Source of the DNA: Octopus vulgaris
Lineage: Eukaryota
Direction: 5' to 3'
NCBI GenBank assembly: GCA_951406725.2
Contig: OX597823.1
Coordinates: forward strand, 48,980,001-49,044,000
Length of the DNA: 64,000 nucleotides
Part shown: positions 13,721 to 27,206 of the stretch, piece after piece
How positions within the stretch are numbered: the stretch's first letter is position 1
Layout of the letters: each line of letters starts with the position of its first letter
Made by a program: the position numbers and the translations under genes
Notes under the pieces: model-generated
Database searches by the model: none
Seen by the model: only the letters and a program-made list of their open reading frames with translations
What the model was told of the DNA's origin: nothing

Positions 13721-14270
13721 AATCAGATTCATGATTTAGCAACTGTGAATGCAATACCCTAACCACTAATCCATGCCCCTTCATAATTTTTGAAAACAAT
13801 ACACCCATCCTATTGATAATACCTATAGTACTGTTCCTTAAATGGACCTGCTCTCTTTTCTCACAAGTTAAAGCTTGCTGTCTTGTTATGCTGATCTCAT
13901 TGTGGCCATTCTTGCAAGATGATGGATTTTGCTCAATGTTAATACTCAAGAATAAAAAGAGTCTTTACTCTTGTGAGTTACAAGACAACCTTACTAGTGC
14001 TGGTGTCATGAAAAAAAAGCACCCATCCCACACTATAAAGTGGTTGGCTTTAGAAAGGCCATTTAGCCATTGAAACTGTGCCTAAAGTGAAGACATGGTT
14101 TTTTAATTTAGTGGATCCTGTGGAACCGTTCAATCCATTCCAGCATGGAAGGCAGACATAAAATGATGATAATAATGATAGTGGTGGTGGTTGTGGTGGT
14201 GGTATGATGATGATGATGATAAATAATGTGGAAAATACGAAACACAGAGATAGTTTTAAAAGTGTAGACA

Positions 14271-14645
14271 TTGCTTCCTAACCATATGGTTCCAGGTTCA
14301 ATCCCATTGCCTGGAACCCTGGATAAGTGTCTTCTGCTATAGCTTCAGGCTGACTAAAGCCTTGTAAGTGGATTTGGCAGATAAAAGCTGAAAGAAGCTC
14401 ATGGCATATACAACTATATCTCCATGTGTTTGTGTGACTCTGTGTCTGTGGTTGTCCTCCACCACCACTTGACATTTGGTTTTGGTGTGTTTACATCTCT
14501 GTAACTTAACAGTTTGGCAAAAGAGACCAATAGAATAAAAAACACCAGGCTTTAAAAAAAAAAAAAGGGCCGGTGTTGATTTGATCAACTAAAAATTCTT
14601 CAAACATGACCAGAGTCTAATGACTAAAACAAATAAAAGACAGAA
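14271..14645 (+). mobile_element. SINE family A
   Basis: accatatggttccaggttcaatccc..gtggatttggcaga..atgactaaaacaaataaaa. Confidence 0.8.
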
Positions 14646-16841
14646 AAAGATTTAAGATAGATTTCTGATCAATAAAAGGGCCATTGCCAATAAACAGCCC
14701 CTCGGACTAGTTGTGTTGTATAGGCAGTAGAGCTCTAGGTTTAATACTTGTCAGTGTTTAGTTTATATTTTGAGTTCAAATCCCAGAGCAGTTGACTTTA
14801 TTGTTCATGTCACTGGAAAACTAGTAAAAGTAGTATGTTTAGTAGAACAGATAAACTATTCCTTTGAAAATGAATCCTCTCACAGAAATACCAATTCTGC
14901 ATTGCTCCATGTTGGTTATAGTGTTGGCCACATTCAAAGCATACCAAAATGGAAATAATCTTATCAGAAATAGACTCAAATATATATATTCTTATCTCCC
15001 AATATTTCAGAATTTCCAGAACAAAACGATAGTCTTAACGAATAACAAAATAATATTTACAACAAGTTCAGCAGTTCTTCTCATCTTTTGAAGATTGGTT
15101 CCCTTCCATAGGTTATATTTTGAATTAGACTCCTACAAATACACTAATATCACTATTTATTACCAGTTATACTTTTCGTTTCGTAATTGTTCCCCTTCAG
15201 TGCCTTTAACTTTGGAGATATTTTACTATGAAATTTTACAAGCTTCATGTCAATTTTTTTCATCTGTTCAGTTAAAAGAAGGCAAATATATAATCTATGT
15301 GAACTGCATGGAAGTATATAAATTTCTTCATGTTACAGAGAGCTTTACTTCTTTTATTGTATCATTGTATCAGTTTAGATATTTTTCTCTGACTCATCAC
15401 TTCATATTGGTTTTTATTCCTCATAAAATAAAAACAGAAAAATAGTAACAATATTGATGACAGAAACGGTAATAACATCAACAAATATATCAGTAAAAAT
15501 AAATAAATAGTTTGATAAATATATAGAAGAGTAATATAAATCTGACTACATGCTATAAACATAACATATTGAAGAAGATCAGAGAGAATTTATATGACAA
15601 AATGACAAGCCTAGTCACAATGGCAGCATGCATGTGCAAAGCTATCTCTTCATATTCCATGAGTTGTTGCTGTTTATTCTATCAACAAGGATTACACCAA
15701 TTTATAACTTGGTAGATTTCTTACTTATTCTGTTATATTTATTGATATACCAAACTTCACATATACACAAAAAAAAAAAAATATATATATATATATATAT
15801 ATCAGCCAGTTTTCATCTCTGAAATTTATTGTCACACAAACTAGAATTAAAAAAAAGTTTCTATATTAGAAATTTTTTTTGTTTCGTTTTATTTTTCAAT
15901 TTTTTTCTTTCCTCCTAAAATTGCTTTGAGGGTATTTACAGTCGCGTGTGTTCTGCTATGTTACTGAATACTAATATTCCTAGATATTCTTTCAAGAAAT
16001 ATTTTGACAATTGTATGTTAGACTATGTTATGGTTTGCATGTCTCTTTATGACTGCAAACCTACCAGACTATGTCTGGGACAGGGTTTCACTTTATTCTT
16101 TTCATTATTAATTTATTTTGTTTATTATTTATGTCTTGTTCTTGTTGAGGGTTTTACATTTATTTATTCTTTATTTATTCTTTATTTATTTATTTATTTA
16201 ATTTTAGCTTCTTTTTTTTCTGTTTCATAAAGAATAATAAAACAATTGATATTCCTTATGGTTTATATTCAGAATTTATTTGCTGCTGTCACAATCATAG
16301 ATATATAGTTTTATATTTATGGTATTTGAAATATTAAAAACAAAGGAAAAAAATAATGATAAAGAAATTAAACAGACAATATAGGTATTTCCATGGTGAA
16401 AGCACCAGCATGGTATTTGAGATTAACAAGGTATACAACTATGTGCACTACTTATGAACTTATATTTAAATCACTTTTGTTTACCCTCTCCCCTGATGTG
16501 TGACTAACTTCCTCGCCAAAAATGCTATCACTCTATAAGGCCCTATACACCTGTACTTTCTAAAATGATCTACAAAAAGCTGTAATTCTGTGAATCTAAT
16601 TTTAAATAACACCCATCCTCTGTTGCCTTGTACAACAGTGATATTTCCTTTATAACTAAATTCTCGATTATTTCAGATATTCTCACTTGTATCTATGTTA
16701 CCTCCCCTTACGTCCACTACTTCAACTTCCATCTCTTCACATTATTTATATTGATCTACTTCACCTTACTTATTCAAGCCAATGACACTCAGATTCATGA
16801 AGCATTCCATCTTTCTTTAAGGCAATAAAATTGATCGTTAA

Positions 16842-17000
16842 AGGCATGGCCTAGATGTGTGCTTAAGAAGTTTGTTTCACAACCACATGGTTCTGAATTC
16901 AGTCCCATTGCATAGCACCTTGGGCAAGTGTCTTCTATAGCCCTGGGCCGACTGAATTCTTGTGAATGGATTTGGTAGACAAAAACCAAAACAAGCATGT
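16842..17000 (+). mobile_element. SINE family A, 5' half
   Basis: caaccacatggttctg..ccttgggcaagtgtcttc..ggatttggtagac. Confidence 0.8.
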
Positions 17001-17040
17001 ACATATACACACACACACATGCATCATACATACATAGATA

Positions 17041-17113
<73 letters not shown>

Positions 17114-17134
17114 TGCCTATTTTGGTAATTCAAA

Positions 17135-17506
17135 AACAGCCATGCTGGAACACTACCTTAATGGGTTTTAGTCGAAGAAATCAACTCCAGACCTTATCCA
17201 TTGTAAGCCTAGTACTTACTCTACCGGGTTTTTTTTTTTGCCGAACTGCTAAGTAACGGGGACATAAGTACACTGTTATTGATTGTAAAGCTATGGAGGG
17301 AGAACAAACATGCACACATAAACACACACACACAGACACACACATATGACAAGCCTCTTTCGGTTTCCGTCTTCTGAATCCACTCACAAGGCTTTGGCCG
17401 GCCTGAGGCTATAGCAGAAGATGCTTACCCAAGGTGCCATGCAATGGGAGTGAACCCAGAACCATGTGGTTGAGAAGCAAACTTCTTACCACACACCCAC
17501 GCCTGT
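17135..17506 (-). mobile_element. SINE family A
   Basis: Reverse-complement match to family A. Confidence 0.85.
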
Positions 17507-17564
17507 GTCTATACATACACACATACATACATACATACATACATACATACATACACATACATAC

Positions 17565-17605
<41 letters not shown>

Positions 17606-17635
17606 CATTTATATACATATACACATATATACATG

Positions 17636-17673
<38 letters not shown>

Positions 17674-18003
17674 GGTGGTGAGTTATGCCACAAAACCTCC
17701 CAAAACTAGACACTGATATCTAAGTGCTATTTAAGTCTAATAAGATTACCTATGAAAAAAGGCCAACCAATATGAATGTAAGTGATCCACATGAACTATG
17801 AATTCACAAGCATTTTCTGTTTTACAAGAATGAATGACAATCAGAATAATGAGATTAAGATATATAAAATTAACAATCAAGTATAGCAAATGTTTATTCC
17901 CATCATCAGCTGCCAAACAGATATCACTCTGGTTTTTACTGCTGTGACGTGTCAGTCAACCTGGCTGTATCAACAGCATTAAAAATGAAAATACTATATA
18001 CAT

Positions 18004-18437
18004 AGGCACAGGTGTAACTGTATTGTAAGAAGCATGCTTCTCAACCACATAGCTCTGGGTTCAGTCCCACTGCATGACACTTTGGGCAAGTGTCTCCTGC
18101 TATAGCCTCGGGCTGACCAAAGCCTTGTGAGTGAATTTGGTAGACAGAAACTAAGTCTGTCATGTATATATACACATATTTATTTATTTATGTGTATATT
18201 TATGTGTGTGTGTTTTTGTGTCTGTGTTTGTCCCCACCACCATTGACAACCGATGTTGGTGTGTTTACGTCCCCTGTTACTTAGTGGTTTGGTAAAAGAG
18301 ACTGATAGAATAAGTATTAGGCTTACAATGAATAAGTTCTGGGGTCAATTTCTTTCACTAAAATCTGTTAATGCAGTGCTCCACCATGGTTGCAGTCAAA
18401 TGACTGAAACAAGTAAAAGAAAAAAAAAGAATAAAAG

Positions 18438-18438
<1 letters not shown>
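18004..18438 (+). mobile_element. SINE family A
   Basis: Head aggcacaggtgtaactg.. through tail atgactgaaacaagtaaaaga. Confidence 0.85.
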
Positions 18439-18483
<45 letters not shown>

Positions 18484-18957
18484 TATGAAGAACAATGTCA
18501 GGATGTGTGAGTAGTGATAATAGATTTATTTTTCCATATGACTTCTGTATTATTACAGCCATTTCATAACCTTCTTAATATTACACTATTATTTTCAGTA
18601 TGTAAAATTATATATGAGTTCAACTTTATACAATAAAATCGTATATTCATAAATCAATGCAAATTAAGAAAGCTAACTCAATAGATCACCAAAACATTGG
18701 TCTGGTGATCTAACAAATACACTTTCTTTATTTTCACACAAATACACAGATGCATGTATAGACACACAAACACACATACACTCACAAGCACACATCCACA
18801 CATACAGAATACCTTTTGTTATTAGTACTGCTTCCATCGCTAATAATTAATTTTTAATAAGCCTCCTAGCTATTTGTGACATCAATTTCAAAAGCGATGG
18901 TAATATTCTATATTTCACAGCAGTGAGATTTGACTGCTATGGGATGACCAGATGCTC

Positions 18958-19000
18958 TCCACTGATGTGGTCCAGTAGACTGAAATCATGTGATATTGGA
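18958..19000 (+). ncRNA. Degenerate hammerhead motif
   Basis: tcca-CTGATG[T]-ggtc(cagta)gact-GAAA-tcatgtga-TA-t-tgga; stem III is near-palindromic (atca[c>t]gtgat). Confidence 0.55.
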
Positions 19001-19031
19001 ATTCCAGCACCCTAGACTGATGATTCTCATT

Positions 19032-19240
19032 TGACAAGCTTCTTTCGGTTTCCGTCTTCTGAATCCACTCACAAGGCTTTGGCCGGCCTGAGGCTATAGC
19101 AGAAGATGCTTACCCAAGGTGCCATGCAATGGGAGTGAACCCAGAACCATGTGGTTGAGAAGCAAACTTTTTACCACACAGCCACGCCTGTGTCTATACA
19201 TACATACATACATACATACATACATACATACATACATACA

Positions 19241-19306
<66 letters not shown>

Positions 19307-19438
19307 TGGTGAGTTATGCCACAAAACCTCCCAAAACTAGACACTGATATCTTAGTGCTACTTAAGTCTAATAAGATTACCTATGAAAAAAGGCCAACCA
19401 ATATGAATGTAAGTGATCCTCATGAACTATGAATTCAC
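19032..19438 (+). repeat. Local direct duplication of about 17347-17807 (SINE half, microsatellite and unique flank)
   Basis: Near-identical sequence including the non-repeat flank ggtgagttatgccacaaaacctcccaaaac...gaactatgaattcac. Confidence 0.92.
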
Positions 19439-19686
19439 CATGTGCCCAAATGTGAGGGTCTCTCAAGACTAATGGCATAGTATTCAGTTTTCTAACAATG
19501 CGTCCATGTTAAGTTAAATTTAAAGATTACCTTTTGACATTAATACTGCATCTGTCACTAATAATCAATATATATCCACACACACACACACATATAGTTG
19601 AAATTTACAGGAAAACAAGAAACAAGTGTATGAACAATGAACAATGAGCAGGTGTATTAGTTTGACGCTCGGGAAAGTGAGAAAGG

Positions 19687-19722
19687 CTTTTATGTTTCAA
19701 GCCTATGCTCTTCAACAGAAAG
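19687..19722 (-). ncRNA. Minimal hammerhead-like motif with A6U core change
   Basis: Minus strand reads cttt-CTG[T]TGA-a-gagc(atag)gctt-GAAAC-a-TA-aaag. Confidence 0.55.
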
Positions 19723-19816
19723 GAACACAAAGAAATATACAGAGAGAGAGAGAGAGAGAGAAAATTTAAAAAATAGGTGGATTTAGCGATCAAGCTAATG
19801 TATATGTATGTGTGTG

Positions 19817-19874
<58 letters not shown>

Positions 19875-19925
19875 CAAATACATATTATATATACATCTAT
19901 GTATATAATATAATATATATATATG

Positions 19926-19978
<53 letters not shown>

Positions 19979-20005
19979 GTATATATATATATATAAATAT
20001 ATATA

Positions 20006-20160
20006 GGGGCAGGAGTGGCTGTGTGGTAAGTAGCTTGCTAACCAACCACATGGTTCAGGGTTCAGTCCGGTACCTTGGGCAAGTGTCTTCTACTATAGCC
20101 TCAGGCCGACCAAAGCCTTATGAGTGGATTTGGTAGATGGAAACTGAAAGAAGCCCGTCG

Positions 20161-20165
<5 letters not shown>
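20006..20165 (+). mobile_element. SINE family A, 5' half
   Basis: ggggcaggagtggctgtgtggtaagtagc..gaaagaagcccgtcg. Confidence 0.85.
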
Positions 20166-20198
<33 letters not shown>

Positions 20199-20329
20199 CA
20201 CATATATATATGTAGATATATAGATAAATAGATCTATATATTTATTTATGTTTATATACTAGCAGAGATACCTGGCCTTGCTCGGAATTAAAATGACATG
20301 TATTTTTATTGTTTTACTTGTTTCATTCA

Positions 20330-20607
20330 TGTAACTGTGGCCATGCTGGAGCACCACCGTTTGTCGAAGAAATCAACCACAGGATTTATTCTTTGTAAGC
20401 CTAGTACTCATTCTGTCAGTGTCTTTTACCAAACCGCTAAGTTACAGGAATGTAAACACAGCAACATCAGTTATCAAGCAATGGTTGGGGTACAAACACA
20501 TGACACATGCACACACATACACAATTATACACATATATATATGACAGTCTTCTTTCAGTTTCCGAGTACAAAATCCACTCACAAGGTTTTGGTTGGCCTG
20601 AGGCTAT
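20330..20607 (-). mobile_element. SINE family A, head missing
   Basis: ttttacttgtttca..aaatccactcacaagg..gaggctata. Confidence 0.8.
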
Positions 20608-20624
20608 AATAAGCATACATACAT

Positions 20625-20761
<137 letters not shown>

Positions 20762-21114
20762 TGCAGTAGCTGACATACCTGGTAATTCCTGGGAAAGCGG
20801 GCTTATCCCTTGGTTCCGTTCTCATAATTGTTTTGCTAATCTAATAAAGAAATGGAGTTAAATGCAGGTGTTTTTCAAATCTTTATACTTCAGACATATA
20901 TTTCAAAGAAAATATTGGTATTATTACAGAAGGAATAAAATGATGTAAAACAAGGTGATCTTCTCATCAGGGAAAAAAAGAGAAACAAAACACATCAATA
21001 AGCCATTTTAACCGAATGCGATTACTGCATATATGATGATTGGAATACTGACAAGTAATTTTTTAAAAAATCATTAATAGATTTAACGTCGAATGCAATT
21101 TAGAGAAAGAGAAG

Positions 21115-21309
21115 GCTCTGGCTTTGAGTACAAATGTCTTGTTTTCATAAGTTTTGAATTAAAATCTTCCACCAAACCTTAGTCACAATTTATGTTCCTA
21201 ACAATAGCTGAATGATAACTAAGTTATTTTCCTAAATTCTTTGCTATATTTAAAGTAACTGAAAGAAATACAGAGCATCTCAAAATATATACAGTAACGA
21301 AAGGGTTAA
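21115..21309. mobile_element. piggyBac-type MITE (second family), partial
   Basis: Ends cagtaacgaaagggTTAA; related diverged copy at about 11020-11195. Confidence 0.55.
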
Positions 21310-21449
21310 GAGAGTAGAGTGTTATTTGAAAGAGACCTGGCTGGTATTTCTAGCATGTTGAGTGACCATGTAGAGACTTCATCAATAATAACTCAGTGTG
21401 TTGAGAGGTGATTCATGTTGGCAAATGTCAATTAAGAAAAAAATGATTG

Positions 21450-21874
21450 TGAAATTGTCTAAAAATGTTTAGATTTTCTTTCTCATTTCACATCAACATA
21501 CCTCACAATGTATGAATTATTAAGCTATTTTTAAAGTCGTTATATTTCACAATAACATCTTGCATTTTTTTTTTATTCTCAAAATAAATTATTATATTAG
21601 TTATCACAATGATTTCCATGATCATTTCCATCATTCATGCTTTCATGATATCAGTTCTTTTAGAGGTTTGCATATGGCATATCTCCAGGTTAGTAGTTCT
21701 TTGATAATTTCTTTTGTTAATTTTAACTTAATTATTTTTAACTCTTAACAAATGTTTACTGAAATTCCATAACTTCTAATGCCACAACAATAAACAACCA
21801 GTTCTGTTACTGCAAATGTAAATCTGCCCAGTAACACAAATCACCTTAGTCGTGAAGTTTTAGCAGTTTATTAA

Positions 21875-21947
<73 letters not shown>

Positions 21948-22343
21948 TGTGTGTGTGTATGTGTGTGTGTGCTGCATGTGTGTGTATCTATCTGTCTGCT
22001 GCTGTACAAACCACACACACACACACATATTTATATATTTTGGTGCGAATGGTTTTGTTAAGCGGTGTCAAGTTTTACAATTCTGTTAATAATAATAATG
22101 GTATTTTTTTAATAAGCTTAAAGCTTATAGTGATCACTGTGCAAATGACTAACGAAAATGGTCTAATAATGGGGCATATAAGCCCTCGACAGAAAAAAAA
22201 TAGGCTTTCCTGCATGCATGGGAAAACCTACAAAACGCTACTGTGAAATATAACGACTTTAAAAATAACTTAATAATTCATACATTGTGAGGTATGTTGA
22301 TGTGCAATGAGAAAGAAAATTTAAACATTTTTAGACAATTTCA
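21450..22343. repeat. Long inverted repeat: 102-bp arms (21450-21551 and 22242-22343), about 690-bp spacer
   Basis: Arms are reverse complements with 3 mismatches seen by eye. Confidence 0.9.
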
Positions 22344-22419
22344 TTTTTGATTTTTATTATTATTTATATCATCATCATCATCGTTTAACGTCCGTTCTCC
22401 ATGCTAGCATGGGTTGGAC

Positions 22420-22469
<50 letters not shown>

Positions 22470-23159
22470 ACGCATGTATGTATGTATGTATGTATGTATG
22501 TATGTATGTATGTATGTACTTCAGTAATGTAACTACACACATGCTGTTGGTGATTTTTTTTATCCTTGGACTTTTCTCCTTTTCCTTTCTGGCAAAGTGC
22601 TATACCCAAAACATCAAAATCTCTCTCTTTTCACTAAGAGATGAACTAATACATTTCATGTGCATACCCTCTTGTTGTTTGTGATTGTTACTTTTAACAT
22701 TGTTCACTTGATTTGACTATATATATATGTGTGTGTGTGTGTATTGGTATCAAATTTTGGTACAAGGCCAGTAATTTCAGGAGAGAGAGTAAGTTGATTA
22801 TATCGACCCCAGAACTCAACTGGTACTTATTTTATCGATTCCAGTTGCATTTCTTTTCCAAAGATCTTTTATAACAGTTACTGTATCAGCCTCACCAACA
22901 ACACCAACTAAACATACAAAAGTTTACAAACTACTAGCAAAAGGCAACTTACACAATGAACACAAACATTTACTTATTATTCTGTTCCCCCAAAATTTGG
23001 TGTTTTGCTTTTTTTTTACCTTCTTTCATTGCTATCATTAATTGATTAAGCCTTGATAATTTACAAAGGTATCTTCTATTGTTTTATTTGACTTTCAGCC
23101 TGCCACCATTCAATTCTCCAAAAGAGCATGCACACATGCATGCACACACACACACACAT

Positions 23160-23233
<74 letters not shown>

Positions 23234-23299
23234 GCATGGTGCCATATCAAAATATTGAAACCCTTATTCCTTTCTTAAATATCATTTGAAATGTTGGCT

Positions 23300-25800
23300 C
23301 AAATCATTAAAATGTGAATTGTGAAGAACTTTTGAGAAAAAGATTTTCAAAAGAACAAAATACTTTGATGAGAATTATTAATTATATATGATAGGAAGCC
23401 AATGCCAAGATGACTTAATTTGCAGAATTCCAACAAGAAATATATTAGACATTTTCAAATTTATTTGAGAAAACTGCTCACAGAAAGTGGTAAGTTAAAC
23501 AAGTTACCGCAGTAGTTATGCTTGTTGTTTAGTGTAGAAAAAACAGTTTGGAACAATAACGGAGAAGACTGAAATAATCTACATATAGCTATGTTAAAAC
23601 ATGAGTGTTCTCATCATCATCATCATCATCATCGTTTAACGTCCGCTTTCCATGCTAGCATGGGTTGGATGATTTTGACTGAGGGCTGGCGAACCAGATG
23701 GCTGCACCAGGCTCCAATCTTGATCTGGCAGAGTTTCTACAGCTGGATGCCCTTCCTAACGCCAACCTCTCCGAGAGTGTAGTGGGTGCTTTTTACGTGC
23801 CACCAGTACAGGGGCCAGTCAGGTGGTACTGGCAATGACCTCGCTTGAATCTTTTTACACATGTCACCGGCACAGGTGCCAGTAAGGCAACATTGGTAAC
23901 GATCATGCTCGAATGGTGCCCTTTTACATGTCACGGTACAGGAGCCAGTCAGGCGGTACTGGCAATGACCTCGCGGAGATGTTTGCATAAACATAGAATT
24001 AGGTGTACATAAAAGATAAAGCATACAGCAGTATAATGAAAGAGTAAGGTGAAGTAGAGCTATTTTGCAAAGATTGATTGATACAGTTATTTTTTTAGGA
24101 TGCCAATAATAACATTTCATGGTCATTTCTAATCCAAAGTATCCAATAACCATGGGAATTATAAAGAACTTTTATATCTAATCAGTAAGTATGGTGAAAA
24201 ATTGGCAAACCATCAAATACAGGTTATGTTTACTTGGGTTTTTCAAGCAGAATTTAAAATGATTCAATTGAGGTGATTCAAAAGGTAATGTTGAATGAAA
24301 TAGAAAATGAACTTAAGCAGGCTAAATTTGTTGCTATACTTGTTGATGAAATGTCTGACATACAATAGTATTCAGAACTGCCAACTGCTTTGTATTATGT
24401 TACAAAAGATTATGTCACTAAAGAACAATTTATCGGTTTTAATGATGTTTGTACTGACCATTCAGCATATGTTTTTAAATATCTGCACATGTTTTTAAAT
24501 ACATTGAAATTTAGCAATGTGAAATTAATTGCACAAACCTATGATGGCGCTCCTTTAGTGGTAGGACAATTAAGTGGGCTCTAGTCAAAAGTAAGGGAGA
24601 AATATGAATCTACAATCCTTAATTGTTGTTATGCTCATGTACTAAATCTAGTTCTTTTGCAAGCAGGCTTTGCAACAAAAGAAAGCAATATGTTTTTTCT
24701 ACAATAAATGGATTGAATACAAATTTTATGAAATTACCCCAAAGAACTAATGTGATGGATAAGAATGCTCAAAAAAAAAAAAAGATTTCCCAAAGTTGCA
24801 GCAATTAGTTTGAATTACTTATCACATCTAATTAATACTGCAAAAGAAAATTGTAATTTCTCAATCAACCATTTTAAAAGCATCATTGAAAATTTCAAAC
24901 TGTAGTATTGGATTACTATAAATTCTTCAATTGGATTTTGCTACAATTTCAAAGACCTTAATTTTCTGTTTCTACTTAAAATATTTTATATATATATTTT
25001 TATAAATGTTTTAATCTTTAAAATGTTTCTGCTTCAAAGCTATAGTCATGACTTTTTTTTTTATTATTTAACATCATTCAGACTAAAATTCTTGGCACCA
25101 TATATTGCACAGTTCAAAGAGATAAAACTAGAACTATGCCCAACATTTCACTGGAGATCTTGCTATAGTGTTATGAAATGTTAGAGGTAAAATATGGTAT
25201 AGATGAACAAACCAAACTAAGAAATCCAGAAATGAAACCTTTAGCTCACAACAACATTTAAGAACGCTCTGTAACAAAATAACTGACAGAAAAGTTGAAA
25301 AATTAAAAGCAAGATATTCATCCTTAGAAGTGCTTAAATCCATGGAACTTCCAATATTAGCAAAGCTGAAGAATATTTCAAAAGCTTTTTAGTGGATGCC
25401 ATAAATTCTTTGAAAATCACTTGTAGTTTATTTTTGTACTTCATTTACAGAGTAAACTAAATATTATATATTCAATGCAATATTTTAAAAAGCAAAGTAT
25501 ATGTAATTTAATGTCTTATATTTTAGTCAATGATCTTATTAAATGAATGCATTGCTAGGATCCATCAGTCTTTACCATTTAGTTTTGACAATTCCTTCAA
25601 CAACTGCCGCTGTAAAGCAGTTCTTTCTTACACTGAAGTGAATTAAAATCTACCAATGAAATATGGCAGTACAGAGAATATTTTCAGAGTTAGCTCTTAT
25701 GTCAGTCAAAAATGATTTACTCCAGCATCTCATTAAAATAGAAAATTTCTGTGAAAACATATTTGTTCTGGAAAATTGAAGACTCCAGCTTATACCAGCT
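23300..25800 (+). mobile_element. hAT transposase pseudogene (ZMYM1-like/TTF type), interrupted by a SINE
   Basis: Fragments: LLFSVEKTVWNN.G...LKHECS; AKFVAILVDEMSD; EQFIGFNDV; KLIAQTYDGA; CYAHVLNLVL; C-terminal LTIPSTTAA...LK.IK dimerisation motif; many stops. Confidence 0.85.
23612..23975 (-). mobile_element. SINE family B nested in the hAT element
   Basis: (cat)n-cgtttaacgtccgctttccatgctagcatggg..; internal repeat gccagtcagg.ggtactggcaatgacctcgc occurs twice. Confidence 0.88.
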
Positions 25801-26129
25801 TATAAATGAGGTTAAACAATTACTTTTTAAACTTTTGTGTCTTTTGTTTTTATTTCAATAGTATTAAAAGGCAATGCCTATGGTCATGTTACAAAATGGA
25901 AGGTTTTGCTTTGGGAATTAATTTCAAAAAGGGTTTGATTGAATAAATGAGTACCTACTGCAATCATACTGAAGGATTGGCTTAATTTTAGACTGGATAA
26001 CCTTCCAAACAAGTTACGAGAAAATATATACTTAATTTTTCTGTAATACATTTAAATTGATAGTATGAAATAGAATGATCGATTCTGCCAATGATAATTT
26101 TATAAATAATTTGAGAAATCATTCTTATC

Positions 26130-26330
26130 TTCTTCAACTTGCTGTCCAATGAAGATAGAAGGTTAGGTTGTGGTATTATTCTGCATTACTTTAGTATCTT
26201 CATATCTAATTCTGAACCCAGCCTTTACAGCCTATTCTTTGAGCGTGATAGGTAAATCTTGTAGTCCAGTTATTGTTTTTATGAACAATACAATGTTGCT
26301 GGCAAAAGCTAGATCACAAAGCCTTTCTAC
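26130..26330 (-). mobile_element. Decayed RTE reverse transcriptase fragment
   Basis: Minus strand RLCDLAFASNIVLF..TITGLQ....A.KAGFRI...TKVM, a degenerate FADD region. Confidence 0.6.
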
Positions 26331-26751
26331 TTCACTCCACTACACTCTTGTAGCATCCCCATCAATTACCTTCTTCATCACTGTCAGCTATTTGCAGTCC
26401 AGTCAGGAGGGAAGAAAATATAGAAAATAATGTGAATGGCAGGATCAGAAAATCACAGACCATATTTCAAAGTATGCATCAAATGTGAGTACAAGTATTA
26501 GTACTGACATGATAATTTTCTTATAAGTTCATGAACAGATATTCCGGAAGATAGCCAAAAGATATGGACACATTCCACCAGTAAGGCTGACAGAAGATCT
26601 TCAAAGTTATTTTGTTTGATTGAATTACAATGAGGAAATCTTTTTGCAAAGCAAATCCAAAACCAAGCCATTACAAAACATTGTGGCACTGTATTGGTTT
26701 TGGCTGGCCAGTAACATTTTGTTCTAACCTGTTACTCAGTATGTAAATTTC

Positions 26752-27206
26752 TGCCATCAAGGTCCTCTACACAGATACGTCTTCAACCATCTTAACCCCT
26801 GACGGAGAAACATCATCTTTCTCAATCAGAGCCGGAATACTGCAGGGAGACACACTCGCCCCGTTTCTTTTCATCATTGTTGTTGATTATGTGCTACGTA
26901 TGTCAGTTGATACCATCTCTGGCAAGGGCTTTGAAATAAAACCAAGAAGAAGTTCCAGACACGCAGCTGAGTCCAGTTTGCTGGACATTGTTGTAGAGCT
27001 GAAAAAGAAGTAATTTCTACTCTTCCCCTCTGGAAGCCATCTACTCGCAATACCAGAGGGCGCACACTCTCCTACCCTGATGTAATCTCCAGGGATACAG
27101 GCATCCAGCAACAGGACCTCAGTAATGCCATGATGGACCGTGAAGTCTGGCGTAGCATGGTAAATTCCATTGTCTCGACCACGGTCGAACAATGATGATG
27201 ATGATG
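26752..27206 (+). mobile_element. Young 5'-truncated, internally deleted RTE-clade LINE with (TGA)n tail
   Basis: IKVLYTDT...TPDGET..F.IRAGILQGDTLAPFLFIIVVDYVLR joined out of frame to QFAGHCCRAE...MMDREVWRSMV..EQ*, then (tga)n. Confidence 0.9.
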
